Shown one piece after another: positions 19,961 to 29,384 of a stretch of DNA of 64,000 nucleotides. Source of the DNA: an uncultured delta proteobacterium. GTDB lineage: Bacteria > Desulfobacterota > RBG-13-43-22. Within the stretch, counting starts at the first letter, position 1, and the number at the start of each line of letters is the position of its first letter. The stretch is from assembly GCA_963711835.1 (NCBI GenBank), contig CAVQFQ010000021.1, positions 192,001 to 256,000 of the forward strand. Reading direction: 5' to 3'. The notes below the pieces were generated by a model. It was not told where the DNA came from, did not search any database, and saw only the letters and a list, made by a program, of their open reading frames with translations. A program made the translations under genes and the position numbers.

Positions 19961-19985
19961 AGCGGGGAATTTCCTGGTTATGGGC

Positions 19986-20040
19986 TTGACAGCTCTTTTT
20001 TTTCTGCAATTGTTAACTTTATTTTTTAGTCAGGTTAACT
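19986..20040 (+). promoter_or_regulatory. bioB promoter with BirA operator
   Basis: TTGACA at 19986; TGTTAAC-N16-GTTAACT at 20011-20040 matches the BirA box, directly upstream of bioB. Confidence 0.8.
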
Positions 20041-20054
20041 ACTAAAGGTATCCG

Positions 20055-21047
20055 ATGGAAGCACGTATCGCCTCTTTGGGCAGAAAAGTACTTGAAGAAA
20101 ATCTCCTCTCTCCTGAAGAAGCCCTGCCTTTGACCGGAGTCTGCGAACCGGAAGCTGTTTTTGAACTTCTTTTCTGGGCCAATCGGATCCGGCATCGCTT
20201 CAAAGGCCGGGCCATCGACCTCTGCGCCATCGTCAACGCCAAATCGGGCCGCTGCTCCGAGGACTGCGCTTTCTGCGCCCAATCGGCACGCTTTCCCACC
20301 CGGGCGCCCGCCTACCCCCTGATGGATTTTGCAGAAATGCTTTCCGCAGCTCAGAGGGCCTTTGAGGGCGGGGCCCGTCGCTTTAGTCTGGTCACCAGCG
20401 GCCGGGGCTTGTCCGACCCGGAAGAGATCGGCCGGGTCTGCCGGGTCATTTCCGAACTCTTGACCGGAAAACAAGTCAGCCCCTGCGCCTCTCTGGGCCT
20501 GCTCAGCCCTGAAACAGCCGCCCGCCTGAAAAAATCCGGACTGGTCAGATACCATCACAATATTGAAACCGCGCCCAGTTTTTATCCCTCTATCTGCAGC
20601 ACGCATTCCATAGAGGCCCGCCTGGAAACCATCCGGACCGCCCGGGCAGCGGGCCTGGAAGTATGTTCCGGAGGAATTCTCGGCTTAGGGGAAACCTGGG
20701 AGCAGCGGATCGAAATGGCCTTTGCCCTGCGGGAGCTCGGAGTGGATTCCATTCCCCTGAATTTTCTGAATCCAATTCCCGGCACCCCGCTGGAGGGACA
20801 GCCGCCCCTGCCGCCCCTGGAGATACTCAAATCCATTGCCCTCTTCCGTTTTATTCTGCCCCGGGCCGATATCCGGACCTGCGGGGGCCGGGAAAAGGGC
20901 CTGCGCACCTTGCAGCCCTTGATGTACCTGGCCGGCTGCAACGGAACCATGATCGGCAGCTATTTGACCACTGAGGGGCGAAGCCCGGAGATTGATCTGC
21001 AGGAGATCCTTGATTTGGGACTTGTCCCCAGCCCTAAATCAATCTAA
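20055..21047 (+). CDS. bioB: Biotin synthase
   Basis: NAKSGRCSEDCAFCAQS, YHHNIET, CSGGILGLGE, IPLNFL, YLTTEG. Confidence 0.96.
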   Translation: MEARIASLGRKVLEENLLSPEEALPLTGVCEPEAVFELLFWANRIRHRFKGRAIDLCAIVNAKSGRCSEDCAFCAQSARFPTRAPAYPLMDFAEMLSAAQRAFEGGARRFSLVTSGRGLSDPEEIGRVCRVISELLTGKQVSPCASLGLLSPETAARLKKSGLVRYHHNIETAPSFYPSICSTHSIEARLETIRTARAAGLEVCSGGILGLGETWEQRIEMAFALRELGVDSIPLNFLNPIPGTPLEGQPPLPPLEILKSIALFRFILPRADIRTCGGREKGLRTLQPLMYLAGCNGTMIGSYLTTEGRSPEIDLQEILDLGLVPSPKSI

Positions 21048-21089
21048 TACAGATACGTTAAAAACCCTGGTAAGCCCTTTGGGGGCCAG

Positions 21090-21320
21090 GGCGAAGCTGC
21101 TGACCATGGGGACTTCAGTAAAGCCTTGGGATCTCTGGGCGGCTTTATTAGCGGGGCGGAAGAGATCAGGGATTACCTGCAGAATAAAGCTCGGACCCTT
21201 TTTTATTCCACGGCCCTGCCTCCGGCGGTCTGTGCCTCCATTCTTTCAGCTCTGGATAGTGTTAGAAATCAACCAGATACAAGAAATAAGCTTAAGCAGA
21301 ATATTACCTATTTTCAGGCC
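21090..21320 (+). pseudogene. bioF: Internal fragment of 8-amino-7-oxononanoate synthase
   Basis: MGT(fs)SKALGSLGGF...NKARTLFYSTALPP; N- and C-terminal parts absent. Confidence 0.8.
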
Positions 21321-21494
21321 GGCTATCAGGCCGCCTGCGCATCAGCCTCATGGCCGGTCACACCCGAGAGCACCTGGTCCGACCAGGACCGGCCCGACTC
21401 GGCCAACAAATCGCTGAAGCCTGAGAATCGCCTTTAACAGGTCTTCCTTTTTCTTCTGGCCCTTGACTCTTGACTCCTGTATTCTAACACCCTT

Positions 21495-22928
21495 ATGTCC
21501 TCCACTGCAGATTCCACTTTAAGCCTGACCCTCTCCGGCAACCTTTATCTGGGTCTGTGGAGGAATTTCTGGCCAATGCTGCTGATCATGGTCCTTAATT
21601 TCCTGGTCGGTTTGACTGATGTCTATGTAGCCGGTCTGATCAGTTCCCAGGTGCAAGGGGCCATCGGCTATATCACCCAGCTCTTTTTTCTTTTAATCAT
21701 CCTGGCCAATGCTATCGGCATCGGGACCGTCTCCCTGGTTTCCCAGGCCAGCGGAGCCGGGCAAACCCAGGAAGTGATTCACCTCTCCCGGCAATCCCTT
21801 ATTTTCGGGATCCTGATCGCCTTCTTTCTCAGCCTGGGCGGATGGTTTTTCCCGGATTGGATCGTCCGCTTAAGCGGGGTGCCGGAACCAATCCGGACCG
21901 TGGCCGCCACTTTTTTAAGGATCTTTGCCCTGGCCCTGGGTCCCAATTACTTTCTCATCATTTCCGGGGCTGTTTTCCGGGCTCGAGGAGAACCCAAGAA
22001 GCCGCTTCTGATCATGACTGTGGTCAGCCTCTTGAACATACTCCTGGAGTTCGGACTGGTCTTCGGGTATGGACCGTTGCCGGAATTGGGCTATGCCGGG
22101 ATCGCCGTAGCCACGGCCATAGCCTTCGTAGCCGGGGCCATGCTGACCTTCCTGCTTCTTTTACACCCTTCCTGGCGGCCGGTCCTTCGACCCCCCTTTC
22201 GCCTGGAATGGGGCTTTGTCAAAGTCCTTTCCACCCGGAGCTGGCCCATAGCCCTGCTGCAATTGGTCTGGAATGCCGGCAGCGTAGCCCTTTTTTATCT
22301 GTTGGGACGCCTGGGTCCGGAAAGCATTTTTGCCCTGGCCGCCTTTTCCAACGGCCTCCGCCTGGAGGCGGTTATTTATCTTCCGGCCTTTGCCCTGCAC
22401 ATGGCCGCCTCGGTTATGGTGGGTCAAAACTTAGGGGCGGGATTGGAGGACCGGGCTGCCCGGTCGGGCTGGCAGATCGCCGGCACCGGGGCCGCGGTCC
22501 TGGGGATCCTGGCCGGGGTCATCTATTTTTTATCCGAAATCCTGGCCGGTTTCCTGACTACCGATCCCCTGGTCTTCCGGGAAACGGTCCGCTATTTGAA
22601 GATCGGTATGTTTTCCGAACCCTTCATGGCGGCCAGCCTGGCTTTGTCCGGGGGAATGCAGGGAGCCGGTGATTCCCGAAGCCCGCTCTATGTCATCTCA
22701 GCGGCCATGTGGCTGGTTCGCCTTCCTCTGGCTTATCTCTTCGCCTTTTCGCTGGCCCTGGGTCCTACCGGAATCTGGCTGGCCATGACCATCTCCATGA
22801 TCATCCAGGGCATACTTATGGCCTGGCGGTTTAATTCAGGGCGCTGGAAAGAAGCAGGAAAAAGGAGAGACAGAACCGTGATGGGAATTAAAAAGCCCGA
22901 GAGATCCTATCGGCAGGAAGTTAATTGA
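21495..22928 (+). CDS. MATE family efflux transporter
   Basis: About 12 TM; LGYAGIAVATAI, MVGQNLGAG, GMQGAGD. Confidence 0.92.
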   Translation: MSSTADSTLSLTLSGNLYLGLWRNFWPMLLIMVLNFLVGLTDVYVAGLISSQVQGAIGYITQLFFLLIILANAIGIGTVSLVSQASGAGQTQEVIHLSRQSLIFGILIAFFLSLGGWFFPDWIVRLSGVPEPIRTVAATFLRIFALALGPNYFLIISGAVFRARGEPKKPLLIMTVVSLLNILLEFGLVFGYGPLPELGYAGIAVATAIAFVAGAMLTFLLLLHPSWRPVLRPPFRLEWGFVKVLSTRSWPIALLQLVWNAGSVALFYLLGRLGPESIFALAAFSNGLRLEAVIYLPAFALHMAASVMVGQNLGAGLEDRAARSGWQIAGTGAAVLGILAGVIYFLSEILAGFLTTDPLVFRETVRYLKIGMFSEPFMAASLALSGGMQGAGDSRSPLYVISAAMWLVRLPLAYLFAFSLALGPTGIWLAMTISMIIQGILMAWRFNSGRWKEAGKRRDRTVMGIKKPERSYRQEVN

Positions 22929-23165
22929 CGTATTCGCCGTACCGGACCAGGGCATCCGCCAGGTCGGGTGTTTCAGGCATGTCGGCGATGTTCCTGGTGA
23001 CCTTCAGCCCGAGTATCTCGGGTTCCCTGGGAGTCACAGGATAGAGTATTCCCCCGGAACCCGCCGTCGATCATGTGTTTAAGGGTCAGGAAACCCCATT
23101 TCCCCGGATCACTGGAAGCGCCCACAAAGGCCACCGATCGCGCATTAAATAAAGAAGTTAGTGGT
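22922..23165 (-). pseudogene. N-terminal CoA-binding fragment of ADP-forming acyl-CoA synthetase
   Basis: LFNARSVAFVGASSDPGKWG..GFRG(fs)LYPV; truncated. Confidence 0.75.
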
Positions 23166-23279
23166 GTTGGACTCAGTCTCAATTTTTTCCTTTCCGAATA
23201 GGGCCGACAGCCCCATAATCGCATCATTCCCATGACCTGTTTGTTCGATAGTCTGGTATTACTTTCCAGCAGGCCGTTC

Positions 23280-24386
23280 TTAGGTTTTCGCCTCTTTCTC
23301 CTCCAATATCCTTTGATGTAGTTCTCGGAAAGTCGAGGCGGGCTTTACCCCGATCTTGTCCTCTCTCGCCTTCAAGACCACAGCATCGGTTGGGCACACT
23401 GTTGCACATACACCACAACCGATACACCAATCACGATCGATGATCGGTACGCCGTCTTCCATTTGCACTGCCTCGACCGGACAAATCGTTGCACACTCTC
23501 CACAACCCGAACATCCGTTGGACTCGGTTTCTCTCATGAAGTACGTCGCCATGATGAAATCTCGCGGAATTTTTCTCCTCCGAATGTTGCCCACATTCCA
23601 GCAGGCACAGCCGCAACAGTTGCAGTTGTGTTTGATTTCGCCCTCTGCGTTGTCCACGAAGTGAACCAGTCCGGCCTCTTCTGTTACGCGGATCACGTCG
23701 AGGGCCTCTTCCTTGGTAAGCTCACGGGCTAGCCCTTTATTAATAACGAAGTCGGCCAACTCGTCGAATTTCATGCAAACTTCGGTGGGATGCTCGCATC
23801 CTCTGCCTACCAGTCGGTAGGAGACGCGGCAGGGACAGTGAGCTACGGCGATACGCCTGGCCTTGGTAATGACCTGCTCCATAAGTTGTACTGGGAAGAC
23901 CGCCTGCAAATCAGGTTTGATCGCTTTTCCTAAAGGGATGTATCTGTATTGCTTGCTCTTAGTGCCGTATGCCTCCGAGGTAACCTCCCGGTTAAAGTAC
24001 TTCGCCACCAAGAGAGCCATCTTGCGAGCGTGCGGAGTGTCTTCGCCCTTCCAGAAAAAGGTCTGGGGGAACCCGAATCCCACATGCAACAGGGCGTACC
24101 CCTTTTCACCGGTCGAGGTCGGTCCCACGTACAAGAGCCCTTTTTCGGCAAGACGGTCTAGAGTCGATTCCAATTCCTCTTGGGACATCGTAACTCGGGT
24201 CCCTATCTCGGAAACACAGACAGTTGAAAAAGGGATAACACCTGTAGGAAGCTTCAAAGCGATTTCCGCTTCTGATGAGTTGAAATTTTCTCTTAGTATT
24301 TCCAGCAGCGTTTCTCTGACAGGGTAACCCATGCCGACATTGCTCAAGTGATCGGCCAACCTTTGATAGACATTCTGTTCTTCCAT
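23280..24386 (-). CDS. Fe-S protein with C-terminal 2x[4Fe-4S] domain
   Basis: HCPCR, CNCCGCAC, CSGCGECATICP, CIGCGVCATVCP. Confidence 0.85.
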   Translation of the reverse strand: MEEQNVYQRLADHLSNVGMGYPVRETLLEILRENFNSSEAEIALKLPTGVIPFSTVCVSEIGTRVTMSQEELESTLDRLAEKGLLYVGPTSTGEKGYALLHVGFGFPQTFFWKGEDTPHARKMALLVAKYFNREVTSEAYGTKSKQYRYIPLGKAIKPDLQAVFPVQLMEQVITKARRIAVAHCPCRVSYRLVGRGCEHPTEVCMKFDELADFVINKGLARELTKEEALDVIRVTEEAGLVHFVDNAEGEIKHNCNCCGCACWNVGNIRRRKIPRDFIMATYFMRETESNGCSGCGECATICPVEAVQMEDGVPIIDRDWCIGCGVCATVCPTDAVVLKAREDKIGVKPASTFRELHQRILEEKEAKT

Positions 24387-24813
24387 AGCTTTTTCTCCTT
24401 GAACTGCATTATCCGGGATTGCGAACCGGTAACTCTTGGACCTGTCCCCTTCCCGTTTTTTGATAAGAACTTGCTTTTTGATGGGAGGAGTATAAGACAA
24501 GGAAAAGACAGAATCAAGAAATTGATGCCTTAGAATAGCTGGCGGCCATGACCCCTCATATCCCCGATCACGGGGAATCCCGCAAGCGGGAGTTCTCTAT
24601 TATGGCTACGATAGTAATCTTTCCTGGGGACTTGGTCAAAAGGTGAATCAGGATACCCTCATTCCCTGCTTCCTGGATTTAGATGGAAACCCAAAACCCA
24701 ACTGAAAGTGGGTTAGGGTGATTCATGAACAGTATATGCAATGTATGGCGCAGCAGGTGATATGAGTACACTTGTCGGCACTCCCATAATCTGCATAACT
24801 TCTGTCGACCCTC

Positions 24814-25620
24814 TTATTTCTTCTGTTCCCTCATTAACGGCTTAACAAAACGGGACACCAGCTCAAAGTAACCTTCCCCGCAGCGGGCGAAGATGTCATT
24901 GTGCCCGGCGCCCGGGACCAGGACCAATTCCTTCCGGTGCGCCCCGGATTGCTGGAGGAGGATTTCGGATTCGGTGTATGGGATCAGCTCGTCCCGCTGT
25001 CCGGCGATCAGCAAGGTCGGTTTGGAGATAAAGACGATTTTTTCATAATTTCTGAATCCATCCTCCTCCCGGATTTTCAGGGTTTCCACCGGGATCCCCA
25101 GCAGGTTCAATAGCGGCAGCGAATAAGCGAAGGCGCTGTCCAGGATCAGGGCGGCGATCCGGTCCTTTCGCCGGTAGGCGATCTCGATGGCCGGGGCGCT
25201 GCCCAGCGATCGGCCCATGACCAGAAAGGGGCCGGTGCGCCCTCGATCCCGGCGCCAGTCATTGACCTGATCAAAGACCGCCAGGGCATCCGAAAGCAGG
25301 GTGCTGACGGATGGGATTCCCAGGCTCCGGCCGTATCCGCGATAATCCGCTACCAGAAGACTGATACCCAGCCGGTTGAATCCCGGACCAGCCTCGTCGT
25401 AATCGGAAGCGATTTCGCCGTTGCCATGAAAGAACAGTAAGTCAGGACCGGCCGGGTCGGCCGGGTAAAAACGGCCGCCGATTTCGATCCCGGAATCCAC
25501 CGGGAATAATGGATCTTCGGCTCCGGCAGGAAGCTGGGAGGAGGTTTCAGGACGCGGATAAAAAATCCGCTGATCGATCAGGGAGAAGTCAAATTGGGAA
25601 AAAGGGGAGGCGTCGGTCAT
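24814..25620 (-). CDS. Alpha/beta hydrolase
   Basis: FFHGNGE, DYRGYG, GRSLG, GAGHND. Confidence 0.9.
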   Translation of the reverse strand: MTDASPFSQFDFSLIDQRIFYPRPETSSQLPAGAEDPLFPVDSGIEIGGRFYPADPAGPDLLFFHGNGEIASDYDEAGPGFNRLGISLLVADYRGYGRSLGIPSVSTLLSDALAVFDQVNDWRRDRGRTGPFLVMGRSLGSAPAIEIAYRRKDRIAALILDSAFAYSLPLLNLLGIPVETLKIREEDGFRNYEKIVFISKPTLLIAGQRDELIPYTESEILLQQSGAHRKELVLVPGAGHNDIFARCGEGYFELVSRFVKPLMREQKK

Positions 25621-25712
25621 CAGGGTTCCTTTTTTTGATAAAACATAAGGGAAAGGTTAAAGAATAAAAATGGGTGTACTCTTTCGAGGCGCAAAGTTGG
25701 CTGAGTTATGAA

Positions 25713-25826
25713 TTTTTCATTTGCCTGTGAGAGGCGGGAAAATGAAAAAGCTCGTTTTGCTTTCCGCCCTCTCAGCGGAAAGCAAAAAATATTCTTCTCT
25801 GCGTCCTTTGCGTCTTTGCGGTGAAA
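25713..25826. repeat. Paired hairpins with CCTCTCA loop plus conserved 34-nt tail
   Basis: Tail TCTTCTCTGCGTCCTTTGCGTCTTTGCGGTGAAA identical at 25793-25826 and 43986-44019. Confidence 0.8.
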
Positions 25827-25866
25827 GGTAACATTTATTCGCTCTGATTAGTAGGTGATGGGTGGT

Positions 25867-27042
25867 TTAGAGGTCGGCAATCAAGGCCACCATGTCGCCC
25901 ACGGCTTGTTCCAAGCCGACATAGACGGCCCGGGCAATAATACTGTGGCCGATGCTGTATTCCTCGATTTCAGGAATTCCGGTAAAGCGTTTGATGTTGG
26001 TATAGTTCAGCCCATGGCCGGCGCTGACCAACAGCCCAAGCTGGACACCCAATTGAGCCCCGTTGGCCACCCGATCGAATTGCTTTTGGGCCTCTTTTTC
26101 ATTTTTGGCATCGGCATAATGACCGGTGTGCAGTTCGATGATATCGGCCCCCACCTCATGGGCGGCCCGGATCTGTTCGGGAACGGCGTCAATAAAAAGG
26201 CTGACCTTGATCCGGGCCCGGTGAAAGCGCCGAATCACCTCCTGCAGATTCTTTTTTTGCCGCCGGACCTCCAGGCCTCCTTCCGTGGTCAACTCCTGTC
26301 TTTTCTCCGGCACCAGGGTGACCATATCCGGACGGACCTTCAAAGCGATTCGGATGATTTCTTCGGCGGCCGCCATTTCCAGGTTCAATTTGGTCTTGAC
26401 GGTTTCCTTAAGCAAGGTCAGATCCCGGTCCTGGATGTGCCGGCGATCCTCCCTGAGGTGGATGATGATCCCTTCCGCTCCGGCCAGTTCGGCCAGGCCG
26501 GCCGCCATCACCGGATCGGGTTCGTTAATTTTCCGGGCCTGCCGGACCGTAGCGACATGATCCACATTAACCGCTAAGCGAGGTCGCTGCATACTCTTTT
26601 CCCCCTTCTGGCTGGCCTCTATCTGGGCCATAATTTCCTCAGTCTTTTGATCCATGCGGGCGGCCGCTTGGTCCGATCCTTCATGGTCGAACCCCATTAA
26701 ATGCAGGAGTCCGTGCACCAGGAGAAACGACAAACGATCCACCGTAGAAATTCCGCTGCTCCGGGCCTCGCGCCGGGCGGTTTCGGTGGAAATGATGATG
26801 TCCCCCCAAAGTTGAGGATTAATATCCGCATAAGGGCCTTCCCGCATGGGGAAGGACAGGACATTGGTCGGACCCCGGCGCCCGCGATAACGCCGGTTAA
26901 ACTCGGCCATCTCCCGGTCCTCGACCAACAACAAGCTGACCTCTCCTTCAGGAAAGGCCGAGGCTCTTAGGATTCGCCGGATAGCCTTCTCGATCTCTTC
27001 CGGGTCTATCAATCCCTGACGATTGTTTGTCTGAATCTCCAT
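25867..27042 (-). CDS. ybeY-pdxJ: In-frame YbeY (rRNA maturation RNase) - PdxJ (pyridoxine 5'-phosphate synthase) fusion
   Basis: PTNVLSF and HGLLHLMGFDH, then AVNVDHVATVRQAR, HLREDRRHI, AGHGL, SIGHSII in one ORF. Confidence 0.85.
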   Translation of the reverse strand: MEIQTNNRQGLIDPEEIEKAIRRILRASAFPEGEVSLLLVEDREMAEFNRRYRGRRGPTNVLSFPMREGPYADINPQLWGDIIISTETARREARSSGISTVDRLSFLLVHGLLHLMGFDHEGSDQAAARMDQKTEEIMAQIEASQKGEKSMQRPRLAVNVDHVATVRQARKINEPDPVMAAGLAELAGAEGIIIHLREDRRHIQDRDLTLLKETVKTKLNLEMAAAEEIIRIALKVRPDMVTLVPEKRQELTTEGGLEVRRQKKNLQEVIRRFHRARIKVSLFIDAVPEQIRAAHEVGADIIELHTGHYADAKNEKEAQKQFDRVANGAQLGVQLGLLVSAGHGLNYTNIKRFTGIPEIEEYSIGHSIIARAVYVGLEQAVGDMVALIADL

Positions 27043-29362
27043 TGCTTTTTTTCTTCACGTTGCCGATTTTGGCTGTCGGGTCCGGGTACTCGATCCGGTG
27101 ATGAAAGATGGCGTTTAATATCTTGGTAAAACTGACCTCGATTAAATTCAGGTCTTTTAGGGTCAGACCGCATTCATCCAGTTGCCCGTCTGAAAAGGCA
27201 TTCTGGATAATTTTTTTAACCAGGCCCTGAAGGCGGGACGGCGTCGGGTCCACCAGGGTCCTGGAAGCGGCTTCGGTTGCATCGGCCAGCATAACCAGCC
27301 CGGCCTCGCGGGTTTGAGGTTTGGGGCCGGGATACCGAAAGTCCTGCATGGAGACCTGATTCGGATCTCCCCCTTTCAACTCGACCGCTTTCTGATAAAA
27401 ATAAGAAATTAAACTGGTCCCATGATGCTGATTGATGATATCCACGATAGGAGTCTCCAGTTTAACCTGCCGGGCCATTTCCAGCCCGTCCTTGACATGG
27501 CCGATTAAGATCAGGCTGCTCATGGACGGGGCCAGTTTTTCATGTTTGTTTTCACCGCCGAGCTGGTTTTCAATGAAATAAAGAGGCTTGGGAATCTTGC
27601 CGATATCGTGATAATAGGCGCTGACCCTGGCCAGCAGGGACTTGGCCCCAATGGCTTCGGCAGCCGCCTCGACCATATTCCCGACAATGACGCTGTGGTA
27701 ATAGGTCCCGGGGGCCTTGAGCATCAATTCCCGCATCAGGGGTTGATCCATATTGGCTTTTTCCAACAAGGTCATGTCCGTGGTATACCCGAAGATCTTT
27801 TCCACCAGGGGGCTGAATCCGGTCACCACAATCCCGGCCATGATGCCGCCCAGCAAGGCGAATAGAAGGTTCAGGGGCGTTTCAAACTGGATCAATCTGC
27901 CGTTCATGATTTGGCGGGCCAAGGCGCTGGCCATATTGATCAACCCTAAGGCTCCTCCCAGATGGATCAGATCCCAGCGATTGTGGCAGATATTTTGACA
28001 GCGGGAGGCATAGAGGCCCCCAATGGTAAAGTAGAGGGCCAAACCCGGACCCCCTTCCAGAAATAAAACCACCGGAAAGGCCTGGATCAGGGCAAACAGG
28101 ATAGCCGGCATGGGTCCCAAAACCAGCCCCACCAGCATCGGGGCCGCCGCCAAAGGTATGGCCAGGAGGACATTTTGAGGATTAATATTCGCCAGGCCGC
28201 CGACCAGAATTTGGGAGACGAAGTCGGCGGTCCGGATGCTAAGAAAAGATGCGGCCAGCAGGGACGTTAAAAAAATCAGGTCCCGCAAACTATCGGTCAG
28301 GATCCTCCCCCCCCGCAACACATTATGATAGACCATAAAGACGAACAATCCCCAGAGCAGTGCCAGACCGATCGAGGTGGATAGGGCTTCCCGTCCGGTT
28401 TGGCTTCTGGTGGCCATCCGGATTTTGGCTAACTGGTTCTCATTAATCCTTTCCCCTTCCCGGACAATGACTTCTCCCCTTTTAATTTGAAACAGCACCG
28501 GGCGCACTTCCTGAACCGCCTTACTTTTTCGATCCTGGGTCTCGGCGGCATTTAAAATGAGATTGGGGACGATCATTTTTTGGGCCAGGCCGACGGCGAC
28601 CCTCCTCATGGGCCGATTCTCCCCGGTGAAGATATAGGCGGATCTTTTATCAATCTGATCTCGGGCTTCATTCGGGTCCGGAAATCTTTCCAGTTCTTTA
28701 ACTCGAAGCTCTTGTTTGGAAGGCAACTTTCGAATAATGATCCCCTTCCCCTGCTCGTTCATCAAGAGCATTTTATTATTGACTACTCCTACACCCAAAA
28801 TGGGTTGAACCAGTTGGATCAGGTTTTTTTCAAAGGTCTCGGAGAATCGGTCCCGGAGCAAAGCCGAAAATTCTTCCGGGCTGATTTCAATCCCCCAGAT
28901 TTTCTCCAGTTCGCGGCGCTTCTCTCTTTCTCCGTTGGATAACCCGGAGGCTGTTTTTTGCAGGCCGGCCCGTAAGGCCTGAAACCCTTGCCGGATCCGC
29001 TTGTGCAATTCCTCTCCGGCTCTTTCATCAAAATCATAGAGGACTAAAGTGCCGTGGGCTGTTTCCTGTCGTTTTATTTCGGTGCCCTCCCCATCCTCTA
29101 CCAACATATCCCGGGTGGCCTTGACCTCAAAAGAAACCGTCTCGCCGATCCGGTAGGTATGGGTCGGGATAAAAAGACTGGGGGCATTAACCAGGGCCAA
29201 AAAAAGACAGAAGAGAAATAAGATGAAAAATTTTTCCCGCGAAAGAGAAAGAAGCGTTGTCCAGACCTGTTTTAGTTGATCTTTAAGCGGTACCTGTTTG
29301 GGCCCCGGTAAACGGGGAACCCGGGAAGATCGTAATTTGGCTTCCTTGTCTGATTTTTCCAC
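26948..29362 (-). CDS. 7TM HDIG/HD phosphohydrolase (PgpH-like c-di-AMP phosphodiesterase family)
   Basis: APGTYYHS, YYHDIGK, FIENQ, HHGT, YPGPKP, MLADATEAA; GTG start with RBS. Confidence 0.88.
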   Translation of the reverse strand: MEKSDKEAKLRSSRVPRLPGPKQVPLKDQLKQVWTTLLSLSREKFFILFLFCLFLALVNAPSLFIPTHTYRIGETVSFEVKATRDMLVEDGEGTEIKRQETAHGTLVLYDFDERAGEELHKRIRQGFQALRAGLQKTASGLSNGEREKRRELEKIWGIEISPEEFSALLRDRFSETFEKNLIQLVQPILGVGVVNNKMLLMNEQGKGIIIRKLPSKQELRVKELERFPDPNEARDQIDKRSAYIFTGENRPMRRVAVGLAQKMIVPNLILNAAETQDRKSKAVQEVRPVLFQIKRGEVIVREGERINENQLAKIRMATRSQTGREALSTSIGLALLWGLFVFMVYHNVLRGGRILTDSLRDLIFLTSLLAASFLSIRTADFVSQILVGGLANINPQNVLLAIPLAAAPMLVGLVLGPMPAILFALIQAFPVVLFLEGGPGLALYFTIGGLYASRCQNICHNRWDLIHLGGALGLINMASALARQIMNGRLIQFETPLNLLFALLGGIMAGIVVTGFSPLVEKIFGYTTDMTLLEKANMDQPLMRELMLKAPGTYYHSVIVGNMVEAAAEAIGAKSLLARVSAYYHDIGKIPKPLYFIENQLGGENKHEKLAPSMSSLILIGHVKDGLEMARQVKLETPIVDIINQHHGTSLISYFYQKAVELKGGDPNQVSMQDFRYPGPKPQTREAGLVMLADATEAASRTLVDPTPSRLQGLVKKIIQNAFSDGQLDECGLTLKDLNLIEVSFTKILNAIFHHRIEYPDPTAKIGNVKKKSNGDSDKQSSGIDRPGRDREGYPANPKSLGLS

Positions 29363-29384
29363 GCCGGTCTCTCCCCGCCCCTGT

